A DNA stretch of 43,490 nt, the filler included, from an uncultured virus (IMG/VR IMGVR_UViG_2576861727_000003) (taxonomy: Duplodnaviria; Heunggongvirae; Uroviricota; Caudoviricetes). It is 2 parts of one record of this genome, joined end to end, with 100 filler letters (N's around TTAATTAATTAA, not from the genome) between each part and the next. Parts side by side here need not be neighbours in the genome. Positions count along the whole stretch, not along the records: positions 1 to 22,739 come from IMGVR_UViG_2576861727_000003; 1 more part is not named here. One strand, written 5' to 3'. The position numbers and the translations under genes are program-made. Below are positions 9,743-18,322 of the stretch, piece after piece. Each line of letters opens with the position of its first letter. Within the stretch, counting starts at the first letter, position 1. The notes beneath the pieces are model-generated. The model was given only the letters and a program-made list of their open reading frames with translations, did no database searches and was not told the DNA's origin.

Positions 9743-10082
9743 ACAGTTAAGATATGAGCAAGCAGTAAAGCTTGCATCTTATCGTGACCCCGACTGTCCT
9801 GAGCTTGCAATCCTTGAAGCGCAAAGTATTATGACGAGTTTTTACCGTCTTTGCAAGTTGTCTGAGAGAAATTTGTATTTATCAAATGATGCAAATAAAG
9901 CAAACTTGAAAAGTACTACCGAAAGCGAAGAACGCGAGCAGAAATGGTTTGAGAGACTAAATAAGGTTTTTCAAAATAAGTATGGCTTGTGTCTTTGTTA
10001 TTGTGGCTATATGCCGAGCATCGGGATAAGAAATGAAAATGGCAGTTTTACGGAAAAGATAGAGAGGTATTTTTATGAATGA
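9726..10082 (+). CDS. Phage hypothetical protein
   Basis: RBS GAGGTG, ATG 9726. Confidence 0.7.
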   Translation: MKKTIKQLRYEQAVKLASYRDPDCPELAILEAQSIMTSFYRLCKLSERNLYLSNDANKANLKSTTESEEREQKWFERLNKVFQNKYGLCLCYCGYMPSIGIRNENGSFTEKIERYFYE

Positions 10083-10236
10083 ATTTTACTTTGAAGGCTG
10101 GGCTTATTTCAAGACAAGCGAAACTGATATAGATAAGATTAGAGACAGATTTGAGGAAATATTCGCACGCGAAGGTATTGACTTCGAATTCAATTATTAT
10201 CAGCTTAAAAACGAAGATGGCAAAGTTATTGGTTAG
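10075..10236 (+). CDS. Small acidic hypothetical protein (53 aa, below ORF-track cut-off)
   Basis: RBS GAGGT, ATG 10075, fills gap. Confidence 0.55.
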   Translation: MNEFYFEGWAYFKTSETDIDKIRDRFEEIFAREGIDFEFNYYQLKNEDGKVIG

Positions 10237-10246
10237 GAGGGGTTAA

Positions 10247-10687
10247 ATGTTTATACCGAGACGACCAAGCGATTTTGAATTTCCTAAACCCAAGAAACGT
10301 CCGCCAATGCCAGAGGTAAAACCGCCTAAAGAAAATATAGATTTCATAAATAGTGAAAAATTATATTTTGATAACGAGGTTTATATTAAAGATGATGACG
10401 CTCTGAAATTTTATTATTGTGAAAGTGAGGATGATTACTTCTTAGGTCAAAGAATTGATAATTTTTATTACGCTCGATATGATAAAGGTTGCGGAGAGTT
10501 TGTGTGGTGCATGTCTAAACATCTACCTTGGGGTGAACGGGTTGCAGATAAAAACACTCTTTGGAAGGAACATACATATCCGAGTGAACCAATTGAAATA
10601 GGTTTTAATAGGTGGTTAAGGGGGTTTATACATAAGTATTATCCTGAGAACGAACACACACCTGGAATAACATATATGTGGAAATAG
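10247..10687 (+). CDS. Phage hypothetical protein
   Basis: RBS AGGAGG; Pro-rich N-terminus. Confidence 0.7.
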   Translation: MFIPRRPSDFEFPKPKKRPPMPEVKPPKENIDFINSEKLYFDNEVYIKDDDALKFYYCESEDDYFLGQRIDNFYYARYDKGCGEFVWCMSKHLPWGERVADKNTLWKEHTYPSEPIEIGFNRWLRGFIHKYYPENEHTPGITYMWK

Positions 10688-10714
10688 TGGAAATTGACTA
10701 AGGAGATAGATTAG

Positions 10715-10975
10715 ATGAAGAACAGTGAGGTTTTCTATATTGTTACCAATAGCGAGGGTAAATATCTAGCAATCGACACCGAAGATAACTTCGTATGGCA
10801 AGAAGAGTTTCATCCTTCTAATAAGTTAATGGCTTGGTTCACCGCGCATCAGGCAAAGGTTTTTATAGTGGAAATCTTTGGAAATATCTATGCAGATTAC
10901 TACCGTGTAGAGAAAGTTACTTATGATGCCTCTTCAGGCGAAGTATTAATGGAGGTTGTAGTAGATAGGAATTAA
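10715..10975 (+). CDS. Phage hypothetical protein
   Basis: RBS AAGGAG. Confidence 0.65.
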   Translation: MKNSEVFYIVTNSEGKYLAIDTEDNFVWQEEFHPSNKLMAWFTAHQAKVFIVEIFGNIYADYYRVEKVTYDASSGEVLMEVVVDRN

Positions 10976-11009
10976 TTGTGTAATTAATTGTACTTTCAGA
11001 TTTTGAGTG

Positions 11010-11038
11010 TTGACAAACTCGAAAGAAGGTGATATAAT
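11010..11038 (+). promoter_or_regulatory. Consensus sigma-A promoter
   Basis: TTGACA (11010-15), 17 bp, TATAAT (11033-38), with extended -10 TG. Confidence 0.85.
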
Positions 11039-11052
11039 ATTTGGCAGAAATA

Positions 11053-11066
11053 AGAACAAGCGTTCG
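11053..11066. promoter_or_regulatory. LexA/DinR (SOS, Cheo) box
   Basis: AGAACAAGCGTTCG matches the Firmicutes consensus CGAACRNRYGTTCG at 13 of 14 positions, just downstream of the -10. Confidence 0.75.
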
Positions 11067-11120
11067 ACAAAAGAAAGAGGGTGCCCCAATGTTTTGAGCA
11101 TATCATAGCAACTTGTAAGC

Positions 11121-11150
11121 GTCTGAAACGAAGTTATTTCGGGCTTTTTT
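11121..11150 (+). terminator. Possible intrinsic terminator/attenuator
   Basis: GTCTGAAA...TTTCGGGC stem (two G-U pairs) followed by T6. Confidence 0.45.
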
Positions 11151-11214
11151 GTGAAAATCATGCCGAAATCTATGCCCCATAATGGAGCATAAATTTTACA
11201 AAGGAGAGATGTGT

Positions 11215-11481
11215 ATGAGTAACGCAGAAAAGAATCATGAGATGACAGTAGAGGAGTTTGTAGCTGAGCTGAAAAGACTCAAGGAACAGAACGAAGATTT
11301 GCTTGATAAAGCAACAGAAAAGCTAGCTGACCTAGAAGATAATGAGCCAGATAGCGATGGTGTAAAGTATGAAAGGTGGCAGGATAAATGTGATGCACAA
11401 CAGTGCCTTATTGAAGCTATTGAGGAAAGGCTTGATAAGATAAACTCGTATCTTGAAGAGTACGATACGAGTGAGGTGTGA
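11215..11481 (+). CDS. Acidic coiled-coil protein, first gene after the SOS promoter
   Basis: RBS AAGGAG, ATG 11215; E/D-rich helical sequence. Confidence 0.7.
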   Translation: MSNAEKNHEMTVEEFVAELKRLKEQNEDLLDKATEKLADLEDNEPDSDGVKYERWQDKCDAQQCLIEAIEERLDKINSYLEEYDTSEV

Positions 11482-11485
11482 TGTA

Positions 11486-11815
11486 ATGTTCGGACTTATT
11501 GCTTGTATTATCTTGCTGATTATTATTAGTTCGAAATACAACAACACCAATGAAAAAGCGAGAGAACGAGCGCATTTTTTGTACGATAATACTGATATTT
11601 GGAGAGAACAAGAACTATTTCACAAATTTCTTTACCAGAGAAAAAGAGTTGATGGCTCGTCTATTCCATTAGATTATTCTTACGTTTCTATATGGAATGA
11701 AGTAGACAAACAGCTTAAAAAAGAGGGTTTAAGACTTAGCCCGTCAACGTGTAATTTGTCGAATTATAAGTTTGATGATAAAGGATATGTCATTACCCCT
11801 TATAAGAAATGGTAA
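11486..11815 (+). CDS. Protein with N-terminal membrane anchor
   Basis: RBS GAGGTG, ATG 11486, MFGLIACIILLIII. Confidence 0.65.
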   Translation: MFGLIACIILLIIISSKYNNTNEKARERAHFLYDNTDIWREQELFHKFLYQRKRVDGSSIPLDYSYVSIWNEVDKQLKKEGLRLSPSTCNLSNYKFDDKGYVITPYKKW

Positions 11816-11843
11816 TTTGTGTAGTTCAAAGGAGAGATAACAT

Positions 11844-12215
11844 TTGCTTATTAATTCGATTTCCGTAAGTAATCCATTTGGGGCAATAAGAAAAATTAGG
11901 GAATATAGACAGCATGTAAGATTTCCTATCAAATGGAAGTTAATAAATGATAATGACCAGCATACGTTAAGAGAAATGTTTGGGGTTGGCGACGGTCAGC
12001 CCCATCTCTCTCTGATAGTCCCAATAGTAAATGAGTCGATTATGTTTTCTGAATGCAGATTACATAATTCACCATGCGGTATAAACCCCTCTTTTAATGC
12101 TATTCGCCGCGTTGATGAATATGTATTGTTCCATGAAAAACTTCCAGATTACTGCGGATTTAAAGTGGTTTTAACAGGAGAAGAAAAGGTCAATTTAATG
12201 AATTTGCTTTACTAA
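11844..12215 (+). CDS. Hypothetical protein
   Basis: RBS AAGGAG, TTG start. Confidence 0.65.
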   Translation: MLINSISVSNPFGAIRKIREYRQHVRFPIKWKLINDNDQHTLREMFGVGDGQPHLSLIVPIVNESIMFSECRLHNSPCGINPSFNAIRRVDEYVLFHEKLPDYCGFKVVLTGEEKVNLMNLLY

Positions 12216-12228
12216 AGGAGTTGATATA

Positions 12229-12650
12229 ATGAGACCAATATAACTACGTTTTATACGGGAGAAATAATTCTTGTAGATTTTTGTAACAGTATAGGTCATC
12301 AACAAAAAGGTGTACGTCCTGCGCTTATTGTTTCAAATAATATTGGGAACGCAAAAAGCACAATGCTTGAAGTACTTCCGATAACAACGAAGCGTAGCGA
12401 TTCAACACTTCCAACTCACGTTACTATAAATAATGATGAAGTAAATGGTTTAAAGTATGTTTCAACAATTGAAGCAGAGGGTAAAACACCAATTAATAAG
12501 TTTCAGGTAAGAAGAAAATTAGGGAAACTTACTGATGCGCAACTTGAAGCTGTAGCGGAAGCAATGGTATACGCAACCCCAATTGTGTTAAAAGCCTTTA
12601 ATAAAGGGGTTCAAGAGACTCAACTCTTTCAGAAATTATATAACACATAA
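12229..12650 (+). pseudogene. mazF: PemK/MazF-family toxin-like endoribonuclease; the RBS-linked ATG is out of frame (apparent 1-bp deletion near the start)
   Basis: The frame from 12240 reads ITTFYTGEIILVDFCNSIGHQQKGVRPALIVSNNIGNAKSTMLEVLPITTK (GHxQxGxRPALIVSN, PITT), but ATG 12229 after AAGGAG reads MRPI-stop. Confidence 0.8.
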
Positions 12651-12654
12651 TTTA

Positions 12655-12683
12655 TTGACAAATAAGTTAGTATATGATACAAT
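12655..12683 (+). promoter_or_regulatory. Sigma-A promoter of the repressor-like gene
   Basis: TTGACA, 17 bp, TACAAT, with extended -10 TG. Confidence 0.8.
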
Positions 12684-12700
12684 GAAAAAGAGGTGAGTAT

Positions 12701-13678
12701 ATGAAGGTCGATTATGATTACTTCCCAAGCACAATAAACAATTGTTACAATGCGAAACAAAAAGCCAAATACTTACAATATGTAAATACAAAAATTAAAC
12801 ACCCGCGGTCATTTCACGCGTATATTTCTCCATTTTTACACTTTGCTAAATATGAAGAATATTACGATATTGATATTTTAGATATGTCTAAAAATAAAAT
12901 CGCGGCTATATTTGAAATGGTTATTATTAGTCGAGCGATGTATGTAAATTATTGCTCCGTCTTTAATGATTATTATAATTATTATCATAAGGACTTTAGT
13001 AAGGTTCGCCCGCCCTTTGAAGAATTAGAAATCACCAATAATATGGAAAACCGTTATTTAAAGGATTTTAATACTTTGTTTGAGTTTGCCAACAAAGCTT
13101 TCCCTTTATCAGAGGGTTCTCTTGATGAATTTCGTAGGCTTGTAATTGTACTATGTTTTCTTGGATTTAAGAAATCCGAAATTAAATATATAAAAAAATC
13201 AGGAGTTGATTTTATTCATAATACAATTTCTTTAGGCGAGCATATAGTTGAGAACGTTCCAGAAGAATGCATGAGACTATGTAAGCATTGTATTAATATG
13301 CAAGAGGTATATCTAAATAATACAAGTCAGTTACCGTATGATAAACGAACGTATTTACCACTTTATAATAATGACTATCTGATTAGAGCAAGGTTTGAAG
13401 ACGAAAAGCTACAAAATAACGTAGTGTTAGATGGTTGGTTAGGTCGCATTATTGTAGCCTTTAACAAAGCGAATAATGGATATTATTCATATAGTACTAT
13501 TAGAGCTTCAGGATTATATGCGTGGTTATACCAAATGGAACAATCTGGAGTTTTCGACCCAAATCAGACACATAAAAAATTAGGCGAGATTTATCAGCAA
13601 TTTTTTAAATCCAAAGGCTCCGTAGATAATCTCTCGAATAATTATAAAATTTGGAAACAAATATTCTACGGGTATTAA
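12701..13678 (+). CDS. Degenerate tyrosine-recombinase-fold protein, likely MrpR/YopR-type phage master repressor
   Basis: 325 aa; integrase-like segments LCFLGFKKSEI..IKK..VDF (catalytic R replaced by K) and STIRASG (His of HxxR absent); own promoter and terminator. Confidence 0.6.
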   Translation: MKVDYDYFPSTINNCYNAKQKAKYLQYVNTKIKHPRSFHAYISPFLHFAKYEEYYDIDILDMSKNKIAAIFEMVIISRAMYVNYCSVFNDYYNYYHKDFSKVRPPFEELEITNNMENRYLKDFNTLFEFANKAFPLSEGSLDEFRRLVIVLCFLGFKKSEIKYIKKSGVDFIHNTISLGEHIVENVPEECMRLCKHCINMQEVYLNNTSQLPYDKRTYLPLYNNDYLIRARFEDEKLQNNVVLDGWLGRIIVAFNKANNGYYSYSTIRASGLYAWLYQMEQSGVFDPNQTHKKLGEIYQQFFKSKGSVDNLSNNYKIWKQIFYGY

Positions 13679-13690
13679 ATCACATAGGTT

Positions 13691-13727
13691 CAGCGAGATG
13701 CTATTTAGTGTCTCGCTGTTTTTGTTT
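13691..13727 (+). terminator. Rho-independent terminator
   Basis: CAGCGAGATGCTA / TAGTGTCTCGCTG stem + TTTTTGTTT. Confidence 0.85.
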
Positions 13728-13752
13728 ATTCAGAAAAATAGGAGGAAACAAA

Positions 13753-14355
13753 ATGGAAAGTTGGTTTACAGAACTTAGTGCAATTGATGTAAGCGAGCAC
13801 ACAAGTGAAAAGAATGGTCTTACATATCTTAGCTGGATGTGGGCATGGGCGGAACTCAAGAAAAGATATCCTCTTTCATACTCCACCGTTCATGAAACTC
13901 CCGAGGGTATGCTAGTATGGCGTGACCCTATTGGCGGTCATGTTAAAACTTCTATTACGATAGTATGGAAAGACGGAGAAGAGTTTAAAGAACACACTGT
14001 TACCGAATATCTTCCTTGTATGGATTATAAAAACAAAGCAGTCCCTTACGATAATATCGACTGTATGCTTGTTAATAAGACAATACAGAGAAGTCTCACA
14101 AAATGCATAGCAAGACTTGGGCTTGGCGGATATATTTATGCAAAAGAAGATTTGCCCGAAGCTGTTAATGAACTTAATGACCTTAACCAGCTTAACTTTG
14201 ACCTCGCATCAAAGATTGCTAGGAAGAGTGAAGACGCAAAGAAACAAGTTGGAGAAGTAGTTAGAAAGTTTGTTGCTAGTGGTAATCCTAAAGCAATAAA
14301 GTCAATTGATGTCGCACAGCAGCTTAATGCTGAACTCATAAAGATAAACAAGTAA
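13753..14355 (+). CDS. DUF1071/Sak-type single-strand annealing recombinase
   Basis: LTYLSWMWAW, LPCMDYKNKA, NKTIQRSLTKCIARLGLGGYIYAKED; RBS AGGAGG, ATG 13753. Confidence 0.85.
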   Translation: MESWFTELSAIDVSEHTSEKNGLTYLSWMWAWAELKKRYPLSYSTVHETPEGMLVWRDPIGGHVKTSITIVWKDGEEFKEHTVTEYLPCMDYKNKAVPYDNIDCMLVNKTIQRSLTKCIARLGLGGYIYAKEDLPEAVNELNDLNQLNFDLASKIARKSEDAKKQVGEVVRKFVASGNPKAIKSIDVAQQLNAELIKINK

Positions 14356-14373
14356 GAAAAGGAGAAATGTAGA

Positions 14374-14805
14374 ATGTTTTATTGTTCAAATGCTTATGGC
14401 TCAGTTTTTAATATTGAGGTTGAAGATAAGAGAGTTAAGGGAAGACTTTGTACGAGTGATAAGAATAAGGACGGAGATTATATAAGTTCTTTCTGGAATG
14501 TTGTATTTGTTGGCGGTGCTTATGACCTCGCAAAGTCACTTACTGATAAGTGCAGAGTTCATATTAATAGTTGTAAGATATCTAATGAAGCCTACACAAC
14601 CAAAGACGGTAAGAAGAGTGCGTGGCTTCAGGTTACTGTCTTTGACTTTGAGAAGCTAGAACATGATGCTGATAAATATTCTTTCAATAATACAAGTAAC
14701 GATGAGAAGTCTACACCCAAGAAGGGCAAAGGCGCTAAAAAAGCTAAGACAAAGCCTATAGAGGAGAAAATTGAAGAGCTCGCAGAAGACGAGCTTCCGT
14801 TCTAA
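14374..14805 (+). CDS. ssb: Single-stranded DNA-binding protein
   Basis: OB-fold-like N-terminus (SSFWNVVFVG), acidic C-terminal EDELPF, next to the recombinase. Confidence 0.8.
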   Translation: MFYCSNAYGSVFNIEVEDKRVKGRLCTSDKNKDGDYISSFWNVVFVGGAYDLAKSLTDKCRVHINSCKISNEAYTTKDGKKSAWLQVTVFDFEKLEHDADKYSFNNTSNDEKSTPKKGKGAKKAKTKPIEEKIEELAEDELPF

Positions 14806-14832
14806 AATATTCATAAAGTAAATATATAAGTT

Positions 14833-14860
14833 AAGCGCTCACTTCATTGTGGGCGCTTTT
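14833..14860 (+). terminator. Rho-independent terminator
   Basis: AAGCGCTCAC / GTGGGCGCTT stem + T-tract. Confidence 0.7.
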
Positions 14861-14884
14861 ATTTAAGAATGAAAGGATTAAACT

Positions 14885-15472
14885 ATGAATACTGAACTTG
14901 TTGAAAAGTTTGAAGCGCTCTTACAGTCTACAGGCAGAGAAGGTATTGATAAACTTATTAAATATATTCGCACTACAGATTTTTATACTGCACCCGCAAG
15001 CACAAGATTTCATTCTTCGTATGAGGGCGGGCTTCTCCAGCATTCAATTAATGTATACGAAATGCTTGAAGCAAAGAGTAAAACTGATACGTGGAAAGAT
15101 ATTGTAAAGGATAAGTCAACTATCATAATAGTATCTCTTCTTCACGATTTGTGTAAGGCAAACTATTACGCAATAGAGATGCGTAACAAGAAGAACGAAC
15201 AGGGTAAATGGGAACAGGTTCCATTTTATACGGTTGACGACCAAAGCCCTTACGGTCACGGCGAAAAATCCGTCATGATACTTATGGAGTTTATTAAGCT
15301 CACCGCCGAGGAAAAATATGCAATTCGTTGGCATATGGGTTTTTCTGAGCCAAAGGAAAATTATCAGTATCTCGGAAAGGCTATGGACAAATATCCACTG
15401 ATTTGTGCATTACACGAAGCAGACCTTGAAGCAACGCATCTTCTTGAAGTCGATAAAGGAGACGAGGATTAA
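14885..15472 (+). CDS. HD-domain phosphohydrolase
   Basis: FYTAPASTRFH, GGLLQHS, LLHDLCK, GHGEKS, AIRWHMG, HEAD. Confidence 0.9.
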   Translation: MNTELVEKFEALLQSTGREGIDKLIKYIRTTDFYTAPASTRFHSSYEGGLLQHSINVYEMLEAKSKTDTWKDIVKDKSTIIIVSLLHDLCKANYYAIEMRNKKNEQGKWEQVPFYTVDDQSPYGHGEKSVMILMEFIKLTAEEKYAIRWHMGFSEPKENYQYLGKAMDKYPLICALHEADLEATHLLEVDKGDED

Positions 15473-15957
15473 TGGCGAATACAGTTAAATGTAGATACGC
15501 GCATTGCAGACATCCAGATGATGTACGTCCACCAGACCAAATGGTTAAAGACCCATCAGCAAAAGGCACGATGTATTATCATGCGGAATGCCTAGAGGAA
15601 AAGAACAAAATAGCCGAGATTAGATATTATTACAAGACAAACATTGACTTCCATGTAAGTATGTCATTCTTGAATAAAATGATTAATGAGGCGGTTATAA
15701 CGAGAAATATTCCGCCCGATGATTTATTATTCGCATTGAAATTTTACAAGAAGACTGGTAGAACAATTAATAATCCTTCGGCACTTTTGTTTATCACCAA
15801 GAGCAAGGCTGTCCAGAAAGAAAAACAGAGAATGACAGCAGAAAAAAGTTTTGATTTCGGTGGTAAGAATGAAGAACTTGGCAAACAGTCAACTGAATTT
15901 AAGTACAAGCCTGTAGGAGAAAAGAAAGGATTTGGAAGTATTCTAAAGAAAGGGTGA
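15472..15957 (+). CDS. Zn-finger replication-associated protein (possible helicase loader/initiator)
   Basis: CRYAHC...YYHAEC; directly upstream of the helicase; function inferred from position only. Confidence 0.55.
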   Translation: MANTVKCRYAHCRHPDDVRPPDQMVKDPSAKGTMYYHAECLEEKNKIAEIRYYYKTNIDFHVSMSFLNKMINEAVITRNIPPDDLLFALKFYKKTGRTINNPSALLFITKSKAVQKEKQRMTAEKSFDFGGKNEELGKQSTEFKYKPVGEKKGFGSILKKG

Positions 15958-15963
15958 TTAAGG

Positions 15964-17301
15964 CTGAACACAGAAATTTATGATAGCACCGCAGAAAGCG
16001 GCGTAATTGCTACTTTGGTGCATCACCCAGATTTTATTTTGCAGAGTGAACATCTGAAACCAAATCATTTTTACAACAAAGAAAACGGATGTATATATTG
16101 GGCAATACAGCGGTTGTTTGAAAGTGGCATTGATAAGATTGATGCCTTTAACATAGATAGTATGCTCAATACAAACGAAGCAGTCAAGAAAAAGATAGAG
16201 AAGTTTAATGTAAAGGATATGCAAGAGTTTCTTGATTTAAGCGCGTCGGTAGCTCGCGGTACAATCGAAGAATACAATATGCTAGTTGAAACGGTTCTAT
16301 CTTATGCATTTAAGCGTGACCTTAGAAACAAACTCACTGGTTTGGTTAATGAGTGTTACGCACCGAATGTATCTCTTGAAACGCTGAGTAACGATGCGTA
16401 TAAATCATTATCTGATGTAACAGAAAAATTTATGGCTTCTACTTCGGTAGAAATGTTTGGAGAAAAGATAGACGAACTTTGGTCTGATATTGAGGTGCGA
16501 AGAACAGACGATGGACTTTTTGGTCTGCCGTCTAAGTTCCCATCATTGAACAACTATTTTACATATGAAACAACAGAGCTTGTTTTGCTAAAGGCTCGTA
16601 TGAAAATGGGTAAGAGTGCATTCATGATGAATGAAGCAATCCATAAGATGGGAATGGGAGTTCCGACAGTTTATTTCGATACGGAAATGTCAGACAGACT
16701 TTTCTTTGAGAGAATGTTGGCAAATATAAGCGGAGTTGATTTAAAGGCTATCAAGAACGGCAAGTATGGCGCGGAAGATGCTAAGAAAATTAGCGCGGCA
16801 AAAGAGTGGATAAGGTCTAAACCTTTTGTCCATATATATAACCCTCAATTCTCAAATGAAGAGATATATACCACCTGTAGCAAGCTGAAATACAAGATGG
16901 ATTTGCAGTTCGTTATCTTCGATTATATGAAGGGTAACACAACCGACTCCAGTGCGCTCTACAACGAGCTTGGTGGTCGTTGTGATTTTTTAAAGAACGA
17001 CGTAGCTGGAAAATTGAAGCTTGCAGTTTTGGCGGCATGTCAGTTAAACCGAGCGAATCAGGTCGCCGACTCTGATAAACTCGAAAGGTACGCTTCGGTC
17101 AGTATGTTGTGGCGCTCAAAGAGTAACGACGAGATTATTATGGACGGTGAAGAATGCGGAAATTTTCTTCTAAATGTATCACTTAATCGTCTCGGTGAGC
17201 AAATGATGGACAAAGAATATATAGATTTTATATTCGACGGGTCACATATGCAAATCAATGAGTGTAAGATGCAGCATAGCGTACAAGAAAGTCCATTCTA
17301 A
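15964..17301 (+). CDS. dnaB: Replicative DNA helicase, DnaB family (probable CTG start at 15964)
   Basis: AESGVIATL N-terminus, Walker A ARMKMGKS, YFDTEM, VIFDYM, ACQLNR. Confidence 0.9.
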   Translation: MNTEIYDSTAESGVIATLVHHPDFILQSEHLKPNHFYNKENGCIYWAIQRLFESGIDKIDAFNIDSMLNTNEAVKKKIEKFNVKDMQEFLDLSASVARGTIEEYNMLVETVLSYAFKRDLRNKLTGLVNECYAPNVSLETLSNDAYKSLSDVTEKFMASTSVEMFGEKIDELWSDIEVRRTDDGLFGLPSKFPSLNNYFTYETTELVLLKARMKMGKSAFMMNEAIHKMGMGVPTVYFDTEMSDRLFFERMLANISGVDLKAIKNGKYGAEDAKKISAAKEWIRSKPFVHIYNPQFSNEEIYTTCSKLKYKMDLQFVIFDYMKGNTTDSSALYNELGGRCDFLKNDVAGKLKLAVLAACQLNRANQVADSDKLERYASVSMLWRSKSNDEIIMDGEECGNFLLNVSLNRLGEQMMDKEYIDFIFDGSHMQINECKMQHSVQESPF

Positions 17302-17323
17302 TCTAAAGTAAGGGTCGGATTTC

Positions 17324-18322
17324 ATGCACATAGACGACAAAGTAATTAGTTCGATAAAGGAAAAAATATCTCTTTCTGATTACATAGCTCAGTACGTTGA
17401 CTTGAAATATGTAAACGGACAAGCAGTGGGATTGTGTCCTTTCCACGACGAGAAAACGCCGTCTTTCAAAGTTGATGTAAATGATAGATTCTTTCACTGT
17501 TTTGGTTGTCACAAGTCTGGGGATATACTTGATTTCATACAAGCCTACCATAAAGTTTCATTAGAAAAGGCAATTAAGATTGCCGCGAAATTTGGCAATA
17601 TCGAAGTTAAGAATGTCCCGATATCCGACACCATTAAGATATGTAGGTTATATAACCACAAAAATAATTATGCAGATTTTTCTCATGAAATAATTCCTGA
17701 GACGGAACTTGAGAAATATAACCCGACGACAATAAGCAGTTGGGTCAGCGAGGGCATCGAGCCTATAACAATGCAGAAATATGATATCAGACTAGATGCT
17801 AAACACGAACGGGCGATTTATCCTGTTCGCGATATCAATGGAAATCTGATTAACATTAAAGGCAGAACATTGTGTGACTGTTGGAAAGAGTTGAAGATTC
17901 CGAAATATATCAATTACTTTAAAGTCGGACGACTTGATTACTTCCAAGGGTTATGCGACGCGATGCCTTATATAAAAGACAATAAAGAAATAATTATATT
18001 TGAGGGTATCAAGTCTTGCATGAAAGCGAATCAATTTGGATTTAATAATGTTGTGTCGGCTGAGACAAGTATTTTGAACCAGTATCAGGTAAGGCTATTG
18101 GTTTCTCTTGGTTGTAATGTAACGATTGCTTTTGATGCAGATAAAACTCTAGGCGACTTTACCAATAAAGAGCTAAAGATGTTAACGCGATTTTGCAACG
18201 TGTATTATATCAACGACCGAGAGAATCTTTTAGGCGGAAAAGAAAGCAAGAACTCGCCTGTTGACTTAGGGGCGGATGTGTGGAACGAACTATTTTATAA
18301 ACGAGAGAGGGTGATAATTTGA
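17324..18322 (+). CDS. dnaG: DNA primase (CHC2 zinc finger + TOPRIM)
   Basis: CPFHDEKTPSF, FHCFGC, IIFEG, IAFDAD. Confidence 0.93.
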   Translation: MHIDDKVISSIKEKISLSDYIAQYVDLKYVNGQAVGLCPFHDEKTPSFKVDVNDRFFHCFGCHKSGDILDFIQAYHKVSLEKAIKIAAKFGNIEVKNVPISDTIKICRLYNHKNNYADFSHEIIPETELEKYNPTTISSWVSEGIEPITMQKYDIRLDAKHERAIYPVRDINGNLINIKGRTLCDCWKELKIPKYINYFKVGRLDYFQGLCDAMPYIKDNKEIIIFEGIKSCMKANQFGFNNVVSAETSILNQYQVRLLVSLGCNVTIAFDADKTLGDFTNKELKMLTRFCNVYYINDRENLLGGKESKNSPVDLGADVWNELFYKRERVII

